From contig OZ024740.1 of assembly GCA_964016885.1 (NCBI GenBank), positions 372,001 to 436,000 on the forward strand: a stretch of 64,000 bases of DNA. Direction: 5' to 3'. Source of the stretch: Eledone cirrhosa (taxonomy: Eukaryota). Within the stretch, counting starts at the first letter, position 1. Every line of letters starts with the position of its first letter. The notes beneath the pieces were generated by a model that was not told the DNA's origin, ran no database searches, and saw only the letters and a list, made by a program, of their open reading frames with translations. A program made the translations under genes and the position numbers. Below are positions 29,557 to 42,231 of the stretch, in pieces.

Positions 29557-29885
29557 ATCATCATCATTTCATTTTACGTCCGCTTTTCCCTGCTTGCAAG
29601 GGTGGGACGAGAACTGATTCTGGCTTGATTTCTACAGCTGGATGCCCTTCCTAACACCAACCTCATTTACAGTGAGTGCTGGGTGCTTTTTTGCCGTGGC
29701 ACCTCCACGACCAGTTTGCAGTGGAATGATAGGGACCCCTGTCCCTATCATCTCATTTCTACAGCTGAGTAGACTGGAGCAATGTGAAATAAAGTGTCTT
29801 GCTCAAGGAAACAACACATCACCCGGTCTGAGAATTGAACTCACAACCTTGCGGTTGCAAGGCCAATGCTCTAACCACTAAGCTT
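29557..29885 (-). mobile_element. CORE-type SINE with RTE-A-derived tail
   Basis: Reverse complement of 40695-41047, slightly 5'-clipped. Confidence 0.92.
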
Positions 29886-31491
<1,606 letters not shown>

Positions 31492-31640
31492 TTTATTTCT
31501 GAAGACGGCATATATATGTGTTTGGTATGTATATTTAATTTTGATAGTTTGTATAATTTTGTATAATTTTGTACATAGATCTGTTGAATATGCATGCCAA
31601 TTCTAACACATATATATCCTAGAAACGATCGTTAAATAAT
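31492..31640 (+). ncRNA. Type-I hammerhead-like fold with a greatly extended stem II
   Basis: ttattt-CTGAAGA(31499)-[about 116-nt hairpin]-GAA-AcgatcgT-T-aaataa. Stem III is the palindrome ACGATCGT. Confidence 0.62.
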
Positions 31641-31703
31641 GAACTTTTTTTGTTTAATATAAGGAACTGTTTCATTGTTTTATTCATTATTTTTTTAATA
31701 TTT

Positions 31704-31728
31704 TATATATATATATATATATTATATG

Positions 31729-31785
<57 letters not shown>

Positions 31786-31887
31786 TATATATATATATAT
31801 ATTATATGTTATATATATATATATATTATATGTTATATATATATATATATATATATTATATGTTTTATATATATATATATATATATG

Positions 31888-31938
<51 letters not shown>

Positions 31939-32427
31939 TTTATATATATATATATATATATTATATGTTTTATATATATATATATATATATTATATGTTT
32001 TATATATATATATATATATATTATATGTTTTATATATATATATATATATATTATATGTTTTATATATATATATATATATATTATATGTTTTATATATATA
32101 TATATATATTATATGTTTTATATATATATATATATGTTATATGTTTTATATATATATATATATATTATGTTTTATATATATATATATATGTTATATGTTT
32201 TATATATATATATATATATTATATGTTTTATATATATATATATATATTATATGTTTTATATATATATATATATGTTATATGTTTTATATATATATATATA
32301 TATTATATGTTTTATATATATATATATATATGTTATATGTTATATATATATATATATTAGATGATTTATATATATATATATATATATATTAGATGTTTTT
32401 TATATATATATATATATATATATATTA
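31704..32427. repeat. (TA)n-TTATATGTTT compound satellite
   Basis: Directly visible. Confidence 0.97.
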
Positions 32428-33199
32428 GATAAAAACAAATAACGAAACGAAATTAAATTTCGTTTCGTTTGTAACTCACTTTTGTATGACTGACGCTTAA
32501 ACAATTAAGTTAAAAATGTACATCCACATATGTATACTGAAATACTAGTATGCATATGAATACACACACGTATACATATGTAGATGTACCAAGTTTTTCA
32601 CTGGTCACTTTACTGTGAGTGTCCAGCTATTCTGTATGTAAACACACAGACAAACCGGTTTTTAGAGTCATACTGGTTTTTGAGGAAACACCTTTCCTCT
32701 ATTCTCCAGAAAGCCAGACAAGGAATATTGAACTAGTTTCGTTGTTGTTACAACTCATCAGCAATATTTACCTATCTGCCGGCCTTTCTGGAGAATCGTA
32801 AAAGCACATATCGTTATATGCTTTTTCTATGAAAATTAGTAGTGGGCAGACCAATTTGCATAGAGCGTGAGTACGTACCGGTTCAACGGAGACGATAAAA
32901 ACAAATAACGAAACGAAATTAAATTTTGTTTCGTTTGTAACTCACTTTTGTATGACTGACGCTTAAACAATTAAGTTAAAAAAAACAACTTTCTGGAGAA
33001 TAGAGGAAAGGTGTTTCCTCAAAAACCAGTATGACTCTAAAAACCGGTTTGTCTGTGTGTTTACATACAGAATAGCTGGACACTCACAGTAAAGTGACCA
33101 GTGAAAAACTTGGTACATCTACATATGTATACGTGTGTGTATTCATATGCATACTAGTATTTCAGTATACATATGTGGATGTACATTTTTAACTTAATT
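32428..33199 (-). mobile_element. Non-coding hammerhead-bearing element (Penelope pLTR/retrozyme-like) with a 466-bp period and a 210-bp inverted arm
   Basis: Direct repeat 32428-32516 = 32894-32982; inverted repeat 32503-32713 / 32989-33199; hammerhead at 32724-32768; TA satellite on both sides. Confidence 0.75.
32724..32768 (-). ncRNA. Minimal type-I hammerhead ribozyme
   Basis: aatattg-CTGATGA-gttgt(aaca)acaac-GAA-ActagT-T-caatatt. 7-bp stem I, 5-bp stem II, palindromic stem III ACTAGT, GUU site, all core nucleotides intact. Confidence 0.88.
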
Positions 33200-33272
33200 A
33201 TATATTAGATGTTTTATATATATATATATATATATATTAGATGTTTTATATATATATATATATATATATTAG

Positions 33273-33311
<39 letters not shown>

Positions 33312-33372
33312 TGTTATATATAAAAAATATATATATTAGATGTTATATATATATATATATATTAGATGTTAT

Positions 33373-33697
33373 ATCATCATCATCATCATCATTTCATTTT
33401 ACGTCCGCATTTCCCTGCTTGCAAGGGTGGGACAGGAACTGGTTCTGGCTTGATTTCTACAGCTGGATGCCCTTCCTAACACCAACCTCATTTACAGTGA
33501 GTGCTGGGTGCTTTTTTTGCAGTGGAATGATATGGACCCTAGTCCCTATCATCTCATTTCTACAGCTGAGTAAACTGGAGCAATGTGAAATAAAGTGTCT
33601 TGCTCAAGGAAACAACACATGACCCAGTCTGAGAATTGAACTCACAACCTTTCGATTGCAAGACCAATACTCGAACCACTAAGCCATGTGCCTCCAT
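33373..33697 (-). mobile_element. CORE-type SINE with RTE-A-derived tail
   Basis: Same family as 40695-41047, with a small internal deletion. Confidence 0.92.
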
Positions 33698-34650
33698 ATA
33701 TTAGATGTTATATATATTTATATATATTAGATGTTATATATATTTATATATATTAGATGTTATATATATTTATATATATTAGATGTTATATATATATATA
33801 TATATATATTAGATGTTATATATATATATATATATTAGATGTTATATATATATTAGATGTTATATATATTTATATATATATATTAGATTTTATATATATT
33901 TATATATATATATTAGATGTTATATATATTTATATATATATATTAGATGTTATATATGTTTATATATATATATGTATTAGATGTTATATATGTTTATATA
34001 TATATATATTAGATGTTATATATGTTTATATATATATATATATTAGATGTTATATGTTTATATATATATATATTAGATGTTATATATGTTTATATATATA
34101 TATATTAGATGTTATATATGTTTATATATTAGATGTTATATATATATATATATATTAGATGTTATATATATATATATATATATATTAGATGTTATATATA
34201 TATATATATTAGATGTTATATATATATATATATTAGATGTTATATATATATATATATTAGATGTTATATATATATATATTAGATGTTATATATATATATA
34301 TATTAGATGTTATATATATATATATATATATTAGATGTTATATATATCTTTATATTAGATGTTATATATATATATATTAGATGTTATATATATATATATT
34401 AGATGTTATATATATTAGATGTTATATATATATATATATATTAGATGTTATATATATATATATATTTATATATTAGATGTTATATATATCTATATATTAG
34501 ATGTTATATATATATATATTTATATATTAGATGTTATATATATCTATATATTAGATGTTATATATATATATATTTATATATTAGATGTTATATATATCTA
34601 GATATTAGATGTTATATATATGTTTATTAGATGTTATATATATATATATA
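33698..34650. repeat. (TA)n-TAGATGT compound satellite, block 3
   Basis: Directly visible. Confidence 0.97.
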
Positions 34651-34996
34651 AATGTGTGTGTGAGGATCGTATAGCTCTATTGTTGAATAAACTCCGATAT
34701 TCGCATATAATCAATTTGTGTATAATAAATAAATAAATATATATATATAATATAATATACACATTGTATGTGTGTGTATAAAATATTACCTTTGTGTGTT
34801 GGTGGGTGTGAACAGTTATAGTCATTTACTCTCGTCATCGTCATTCTATAAATCACAACATCGTGTCATCATAAGATCCAATAATCACCTATATATTATA
34901 ATATATCAGATATATATATCTGATATATATCAGAAGATCCTGTTTTAGGGTGAAAGTAGAAATTATTTGCTTAAACTTTAATATGTACTAATAAGA

Positions 34997-35030
<34 letters not shown>

Positions 35031-35148
35031 AACCCGTACAACAAATATTTCTTATTAGTACATATTAAAGTTTAAGCAAATAATTATATATATATATATA
35101 CCTTATCGAGCCCTCTTTGGATTTTGGTCTTTGTAATTATCATTACTA

Positions 35149-35588
35149 CTAGCAGAAAAACCACCCGAAGGTCTAGTGTGTATATTGATATTATACGCAG
35201 GTAACTATACATGTAGATATGATACATCAAATAAAATCGTAATTGACAATATATAATACATAGAAATTCTTATTTAATCAGTAAAGTAATCCATGATACA
35301 TTAAAAAAGATATTATATATAAACTGCATTAGGAGAAAATTAGTGACAGAAATATATGAATGTTTATTTCAGCGATAGCCAACCAGAAGTGTTGACATTT
35401 CAGAAATTTTAAAGAAGTGAATCTTTAAATAAACAAAATATATTTAATCAACAGCCACGAAATTTAGTAGATAAATTATGTAATATTCATTTATTATTTA
35501 TTCAAAGTAATCCAACTTATTTTACTAATGGGATAAAAAATTATAAACCGTACGCAGTCCCGCGCTCCTTACTTTATTATAGTTTAGA
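35149..35588 (-). mobile_element. Possible small non-autonomous Helitron
   Basis: Minus strand starts A|TCTAAACTATAATAAAG and ends CTAG|T; the subterminal hairpin is degenerate. Confidence 0.4.
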
Positions 35589-35631
35589 TATATATATATG
35601 TGAATGATATATGTATGTTGTGATATGTGAG

Positions 35632-35668
<37 letters not shown>

Positions 35669-35686
35669 CACATGTATACATATATA

Positions 35687-35763
35687 CTGGATGTCCCAAA
35701 AAACTGTATATACACTTCAACGGCATTCTCATGAAAGTGTGTTTACATTTTTGGGACGCCCTG
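35687..35763. mobile_element. 77-bp Tc1/mariner-type MITE, second copy
   Basis: Diverged homolog of 23470-23546, flanked by TA. Confidence 0.8.
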
Positions 35764-36037
35764 TATTTATATATACATACGAATTTGCATGATTTCTCTA
35801 TTCGTATGTATACTCGGTATGTGTCTATATATTATATAAATTTGTTTATGTTTGTGCGCATGTATATTTAATACATAGATTTGTATGTGTATATTTGCTT
35901 GTCTGTTGTATATATGTATATATGTGATGATATATATCATATGTATTTATGTGCCATGATGTCTATTTTTTGTCTTTCTCTTTCAGAATATTATGAGCGT
36001 CAGATACACCAACGCATTATTTATATATATATATATT

Positions 36038-36110
<73 letters not shown>

Positions 36111-36111
36111 T

Positions 36112-36145
<34 letters not shown>

Positions 36146-36169
36146 TATATATATATTTATATATATATT

Positions 36170-36270
<101 letters not shown>

Positions 36271-36288
36271 TTATATATATATTTATAT

Positions 36289-39200
36289 ATCATCATCATC
36301 ATCATCACCGTTTTACGTCCGTTCTTCCACGCTAGCATGGGTTAGACGGGTTGTCCTGTTGTGGGCAGTGTCTGGTCGGCTGACCATGCCTTGCTCATAC
36401 AGGAACTGATCTGGCTTGATTTCTACAGCTGGATGCCCTTCCTAACACCAACCTCATTTACAGTGAGTGCTGGGTGCTTTTTCGTGGCGCCTACACGTCC
36501 ACTTTACAGTGTGGGCTGGGTGCTTTTTTGCCGTGGCACCTCCACGACCACCTTGCAGTGGGGGGGCATAATGTTTATATGCTTCAGCATGTACCCATGG
36601 GAGGTCGGGTACCCTGTATTACTGCGTGACGCCAGAAGTCACGGTCGTGTGTCATTGACTTTGAGAGGTGTAGTTGGGTAAGGTCGGCTTTTATCACCTC
36701 ATCCCAAGTCATCTTGGGTCTCCCCACTCCGCGGTTTCCATCAACTTCTAGTGCTCTGCACCTTTTTATGCAGCTGTCATCCTTCATACGCATCACATGT
36801 CCATACCAGCGTAACCGCCTCTCCTGCACGCAGCATTTGATTCCTCTTATGCTCAGTCTCTCTCTCAATTCATTTATGCTTTGTCGTTCACGTATATTAC
36901 TGTTACACATCCATCGGAGCATGCAGGCTTCGTTTCTCTCTAATCTACGTAAGTCTTCCACCTTCAGCGCCCAGGTCTCACTACCATGCAACATCGCTGT
37001 TCGGATACACGCATCATACAGTCTGCCTTTCATTCTGAGGGAGAAGCCTTTTGCAGCTAGCAGTGGTAGTAGTTCCCTAAACTTCTTCCATCCCGTTCTT
37101 ACCCTAGTTATTGTACTTTCTGAGCACCCACCTCCGTTGCTAATTCGGTCACCTAGGTAGCAGAAGCTGTCTACTGTTTCTACAGGGCCCTCCCAGAGAT
37201 TGGTGGTACTTGTTTCCTGTGGCTGTTTGCTTGCTGTTTCAGCACAGCTGCTGCATGTGAATCCTACATTCTTAATTAAGCTTCCTGAGATCCCGCTACA
37301 TCTCTTGTGTACCCATTGTTTGCATTTGGGGCAAAGAATGGAGTTCCTACCTACACCTTTCCTACATACTGAGCAAGGCCATTTCCCTGAGGGGATCTGG
37401 GTTCTGTTTTCTCGTCTACTTATAAGGACCTTAGTCTTTGTCATGTTGACTTTGAGGCCCTTTCTCTCTAGTCCCTGCTTCCAGGTTTGGAATTTATTCT
37501 CTAGTTCTACCATAGATTCAGCTATGAGTGCGAGGTCATCAGCATACAGGAGTTCCCATGGGCATCCGTTCTTAAACTCCTCCGTTATTGCCTGCAGGAC
37601 TATGATGAACAGGAGAGGGCCAAGAACAGAGCCCTGGTGGACCCCAACCTGTACGCTAAATTCCTCGCTATACTCATTGCCAATCCTAACTTTGCTGACT
37701 GCTCCCCTATACATGGCTTGTACCGCTTTCACAAGCCATTCATCTACTCCTAGTTTTCTAAGAGCCCACCAGATTACTGCACGTGGAACTCTGTCAAAGG
37801 CTTTCTCAAGGTCGACAAATGCCAAGTAGAGTGGCTTACTTTTAGCTAGGTACTTTTCCTGTAATTGCCTCACAAGGAAGAGCGCATCAGTGGTGCCTTT
37901 CCCTGGTACAAACCCAAATTGCATCTCGTCTATATTCACCCGGTCCCTAATCAGCTGTGCTATAACTCTTTCTGTTACTTTCATGACCTGGTCCATCAAC
38001 TTTATACCTCTATAGTTTCCTCTATCTAGTGCATCGCCTTTACCTTTGTAGCAGTTGACAATGATGCTACTGCACCAATCTTTTGGTATGGCCCCCTCTA
38101 GTATTACCTGGTTAACGATACGTGTGGTTATAGTGTGACCTACAGACCCAGATGCCTTCAGCATCTCGGCAGCTATACCCGATGGACCGGTTGCCTTCCC
38201 TATCTTCATATCTCTGATTGCCTTACTTACTACGCTGCCGCTGACTTGTACTGCTGGTCCCTCTATAGGGTTTACGTGGGGTAGGGTCTCTTCTTCCCAT
38301 GCATTCTCCTCATTTAGTAATCTATCATAATGACTCTTCCATGCATCTTTCTTCTCAGCACTTGTGAGGGCAAGCTCACCTTTATCATTCCGGATACACT
38401 TCTCTCCAATGACATCACAACTATCTCTGACACACTGCCTCGCAATCTTGAATACCTCCTGTTTCTGGTCCTCACGTTGTAAAACATGCTTGAATTTTCT
38501 ATCCTCTGCTTCTCTCCTAGCTAAGTATACTTGTCGCCTAGCTTCCCTCTTGGTCTCTATGTAATGTACCCTGCTCCCCCCGTTCTTCCATTCTTTCCAT
38601 GCCTGTCTCTTGGCCTTAACTGCTTCATCTACCTTATTGTTCCACCACCAAGTCACTCTCCTCCTGCTTGAGGTCTTACTCCAGCCACAAACCTCATCCG
38701 TCGCCTCTAGTAAGTTATTTTTTAGGAACTCCCAGTTCTCTTCTACGTTAAATGTCTCTATCTGTTCTTCTTTACTGTCGTAGGCGTTGAGTAAAATATC
38801 TTTAAATCTGTTACTGGTTGAGGGGACTTTCAGCTTCCAGATCTTTCTTCTCCAGGTTGGCCTCTGTTTCAGGGCTCGTCTAGTTCTGACCGTGAGGTCG
38901 CTGACAACTAAGCTATGTTGGGATGTACATTCCTCACTAGGGAAGGCTTTTGTGTTTACGACCGTCCATCTGTCACGTCCTCTGATGAGGATAAAATCTA
39001 ACTGACTAGAGTGCTCCCCTGATCTATAGGTGATCAGGTGGTTGTCGGGTTTTTTAAAGTTTGTGTTACATATCGACATGTCATTGGCGTCGCAGAATTC
39101 TAGAAGTCTGAATCCTTCCTCATTCCTTGTGCCAACTCCATGGCCTCCATGTACTCTATTGAAGCCGTCGCAGTGTTTACCTACGTGTCCGTTAAAATCT

Positions 39201-40506
39201 CCTGCAATGATTAGGAAGTCCTTGTCGTCTGTTAGAGCAGTAGTGTGTATTAGGGACTCGTAAAACCTATCCTTAAGTTCGTCTGGCAGCCCCGATTGGG
39301 GTGCGTAAGCTGATATTATTGTGGTAATTGTCTTATTCAGGACTAGTCTGAGTTTAATGATTCTTGCATTTACCCTGTACACTGAGATTACTTTATCTAC
39401 CCACTTGTCAGCTAATAGTATACCTACACCACCCATCCCATCGTCATTTCCCACCCAGAAAAATTTGTAGCACTGGCTTTTTCCTACAAGGACTCTAGCA
39501 GACCCTCCTCTCCATCTAGTCTCTTGCACACAGCATACATCAACTTCCTTTCGCTCTAGCATTTCTACGATTTCTCCTGCTCTTCCTTTCATTGAGCCTA
39601 CATTGATGGTACCAACTCGGAGTTTTGGGCATTTGTCGACACTCGTAGGGGAGGGTCTCTGGGTTGGCGCTTCACGTGGGTGCTTGGTAGCTCGCAGATT
39701 CATATTTCATCTATTGATTCAGAGTTGCTCGTGTATTCCCAGCTCATCCATCCATAACGGTGGGAAAATTGAGGGCTAGAAGAACAGTGGTGGTGGGGTA
39801 ATCGCAGGGTGTGTTGGGATGCGCCAGAGGAGGAGAGAGTTAGTTAGGCAGGTAGTAGCAGCAGCAGTGGAAATGGCATGCTAGGTTTCATTGGTCGAAT
39901 AGACTATGGTGGTGTGTGGGGGTGGGGGGGGAGGGAAATTGTGAGGTAGGAACTGAGGGTCGCATGGTAAATATCCAAGTTAATACTACATCAGTAAAAT
40001 TAACAATAATAACGTCATGAAAAACTACTAAGAGAAACCCTCGAAAATTTATCGCTAATACAGCAGGGAAAATTTAACGCTAATACAGCAGGGAACATCA
40101 TAATATTAACGACAATATGTAGGCTAAAATACCTTCGTAGATTAGATGGATGGCTGGAAAAATTGGAATCAGCTCTAGTGATACAATTTAGCAGAGAAGA
40201 ATGGGAAAGTGTCTTATCTCTTCAATATTTTCAGATTGAATGAATTAGGTTAAAGACAGGGTAGTAAGCCTTAAAGAAGTGCATAGAGAGGGGGGGGTAG
40301 GAACTGAGGGTCGCATGGTAAATAACTGAGAGAGATACAATAGGATTAGAATACCGCATGGTAAATATCCAAGTTACTAAGTTAATACTACATCAGTAAA
40401 ATTAACAATAATAACGTCATGAAAAACTACTAAGAGAAACCCTCGAAAATTTATCGCTAATACAGCAGGGAAAATTTAACGCTAATACAGCAGGGAACAT
40501 CATAAT
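36289..40506 (-). mobile_element. RTE family A, copy A3: full length and potentially active, with duplicated 5' blocks
   Basis: (CAT)n tail at 36289, intact ORF, 5' UTR to about 39953, then repeated blocks to 40506; TA/TTTA arrays on both sides. Confidence 0.95.
36584..39703 (-). CDS. RTE-clade polyprotein: APE endonuclease plus reverse transcriptase with an internal PHD-like finger (1039 aa)
   Basis: Uninterrupted ORF. Motifs GTINVGS, QETRW, SAYAP, GDFNGHVG, SQLDFIL, SQH; NYRGIKL, QFGF, DLEKAFD, QGSVLGP, YADD, YLG; RTE C-terminal RRLRWYGHVMR and GRPKMTW. Confidence 0.97.
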   Translation of the reverse strand: MNLRATKHPREAPTQRPSPTSVDKCPKLRVGTINVGSMKGRAGEIVEMLERKEVDVCCVQETRWRGGSARVLVGKSQCYKFFWVGNDDGMGGVGILLADKWVDKVISVYRVNARIIKLRLVLNKTITTIISAYAPQSGLPDELKDRFYESLIHTTALTDDKDFLIIAGDFNGHVGKHCDGFNRVHGGHGVGTRNEEGFRLLEFCDANDMSICNTNFKKPDNHLITYRSGEHSSQLDFILIRGRDRWTVVNTKAFPSEECTSQHSLVVSDLTVRTRRALKQRPTWRRKIWKLKVPSTSNRFKDILLNAYDSKEEQIETFNVEENWEFLKNNLLEATDEVCGWSKTSSRRRVTWWWNNKVDEAVKAKRQAWKEWKNGGSRVHYIETKREARRQVYLARREAEDRKFKHVLQREDQKQEVFKIARQCVRDSCDVIGEKCIRNDKGELALTSAEKKDAWKSHYDRLLNEENAWEEETLPHVNPIEGPAVQVSGSVVSKAIRDMKIGKATGPSGIAAEMLKASGSVGHTITTRIVNQVILEGAIPKDWCSSIIVNCYKGKGDALDRGNYRGIKLMDQVMKVTERVIAQLIRDRVNIDEMQFGFVPGKGTTDALFLVRQLQEKYLAKSKPLYLAFVDLEKAFDRVPRAVIWWALRKLGVDEWLVKAVQAMYRGAVSKVRIGNEYSEEFSVQVGVHQGSVLGPLLFIIVLQAITEEFKNGCPWELLYADDLALIAESMVELENKFQTWKQGLERKGLKVNMTKTKVLISRRENRTQIPSGKWPCSVCRKGVGRNSILCPKCKQWVHKRCSGISGSLIKNVGFTCSSCAETASKQPQETSTTNLWEGPVETVDSFCYLGDRISNGGGCSESTITRVRTGWKKFRELLPLLAAKGFSLRMKGRLYDACIRTAMLHGSETWALKVEDLRRLERNEACMLRWMCNSNIRERQSINELRERLSIRGIKCCVQERRLRWYGHVMRMKDDSCIKRCRALEVDGNRGVGRPKMTWDEVIKADLTQLHLSKSMTHDRDFWRHAVIQGTRPPMGTC

Positions 40507-40571
40507 ATATATATTTATATATATATATTTATATATATATATTTATATATTTATATATATATTTATATATT

Positions 40572-40602
<31 letters not shown>

Positions 40603-40615
40603 ATATTTATATATT

Positions 40616-40647
<32 letters not shown>

Positions 40648-40694
40648 TATATATTTATATATATATATTTATATATATATATTTATATATATTA

Positions 40695-41047
40695 TGGAGG
40701 CACATGGCTTAGTGGTTAGAGCATTGGCCTTGCAATCGAAAGGTTGTGAGTTCAATTCTCAGACCGGGTGATGTGTTGTTTCCTTGAGCAAGACACTTTA
40801 TTTCACATTGCTCCAGTTTACTCAGCTGTAGAAATGAGATGATAGGGACTGGGGTCCATATCATTCCACTGCAAAGTGGTTGTGGAGGTGCCACAGCAAA
40901 AAAGCACCCAGCACTCACTGTAAATGAGGTTGGTGTTAGGAAGGGCATCCAGCTGTAGAAATCAAGCCAGCATCAGTTCCCGTCCCACCCTTGCAAGCAG
41001 GGAAAAAAGCGGACGTAAAATGAAATGATGATGATGATGATGATGAT
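40695..41047 (+). mobile_element. Full-length tRNA-derived CORE-type SINE with RTE-A-derived tail
   Basis: A box TGGCTTAGTGG, B box GAGTTCAATTC, CORE-like ccttgagcaagacacttta...cagtttactcagctgtagaaatgag, tail shared with the LINE 3' UTR, (ATG)n end, TA arrays on both sides. Confidence 0.93.
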
Positions 41048-41224
41048 ATATTTATATATATATATTTATATATATATATATTTATTTATATATATATTTA
41101 TTTATATATTTATTTATATATATATTTATTTATATATATATTTATTTATATATATATTTATTTATATATATATATTTATTTATATATATATATATTTATT
41201 TATATATATATTTATATATATATA

Positions 41225-41281
<57 letters not shown>

Positions 41282-41354
41282 CCCGGGATCAATCAGGGGT
41301 AACCACAGCTAGTAAGGCACTCAATACATTAGTAGAATGTAAACATCATGTTTA

Positions 41355-41474
41355 ATATAGAAATGGCTTCTACGGGACTAGAACTGTTTCATTCAAAAGA
41401 AATCACAAAGAAAGCTTTCCTGGTGATTTCCTTTGAATAAAACAGTTCTGGCCCTGTAGAAGCCATTTCTATAT
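41355..41474. repeat. 120-bp palindrome made of two degenerate hammerhead-like arms
   Basis: Centre gaaagctttc (41410-41419); arms homologous to 22571-22613. Confidence 0.8.
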
Positions 41475-42197
41475 ATATATATATATAGTGTGTGTGTCTG
41501 TGTTTATACACATACACACACGCCAACATGTCCGCATATTTCTAATAATTATATATTGACACTTTGGTAAAACAATTATTTCTTAACTATGTGGTTCTGT
41601 GTTCGATTACGAGTGGCAGGTCCTTCAGCAAGTCTCTACCTCTTGTATGTGGAACTTGTTATAGCACAAAGTGTGAAAGCCTATTGTTTATCTGTATGTA
41701 TACCTATGTATATGTTTGTATGTATATACATATGTGTGCGTATGTGTAATATTGTGTCCAGTTACGAGCCGTAAATTTGTTGTGCAATATAGATCGATAG
41801 AATAAGTATTGGCTTCGATTATGATAGATTCAATCATTGAAGGCGGTGTCCTGATGATTAAAACTAGTAGAAAAGGGTAAAAGAATAATGTGTGTTTCTG
41901 TATGTATACGAGTGTTTGTAATGCATTATATATATATATATCAGAGAAGGTGTGGTAAGATATCAGGTGGAACATAACCCACCAGAGTACTCGATATTTG
42001 GGCTAGTTCGGATTTAGGTGTCGAAACGGCCGGTGCTCAGCCGTCGGGGTCCTGAATCTCTTATATATAATGGGCATATTTTAATTGGTAAATACGTTTA
42101 CGTTTACAAACGAGAGAAAATGTGAAAACTCAATAAATGTGTGGGTGTATAACATTTGATTTTTGCTGCTGAAAACAATTTTTGTGTAATATGTGTC

Positions 42198-42229
<32 letters not shown>

Positions 42230-42231
<2 letters not shown>

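Noticed and set aside
34930-34960. CAGAAGA-tcct..aggg-tGAAA hammerhead-like motif
   Set aside because: Core is mutated and stems I and III are missing.
35965-36022. Strong splice acceptor followed by [12 protein letters not shown]
   Set aside because: Runs into a TA array with no donor, and its phase does not continue the open frame of the 20599-20774 candidate exon.
40695-40770. tRNA gene
   Set aside because: It is the tRNA-derived head of a multi-copy SINE, with no proper acceptor stem or terminator.
41975-42052. Hammerhead half (GAAACggc...gccGTC with an upstream stem II-like helix)
   Set aside because: No CUGANGA at the required position; at most a dead relic.
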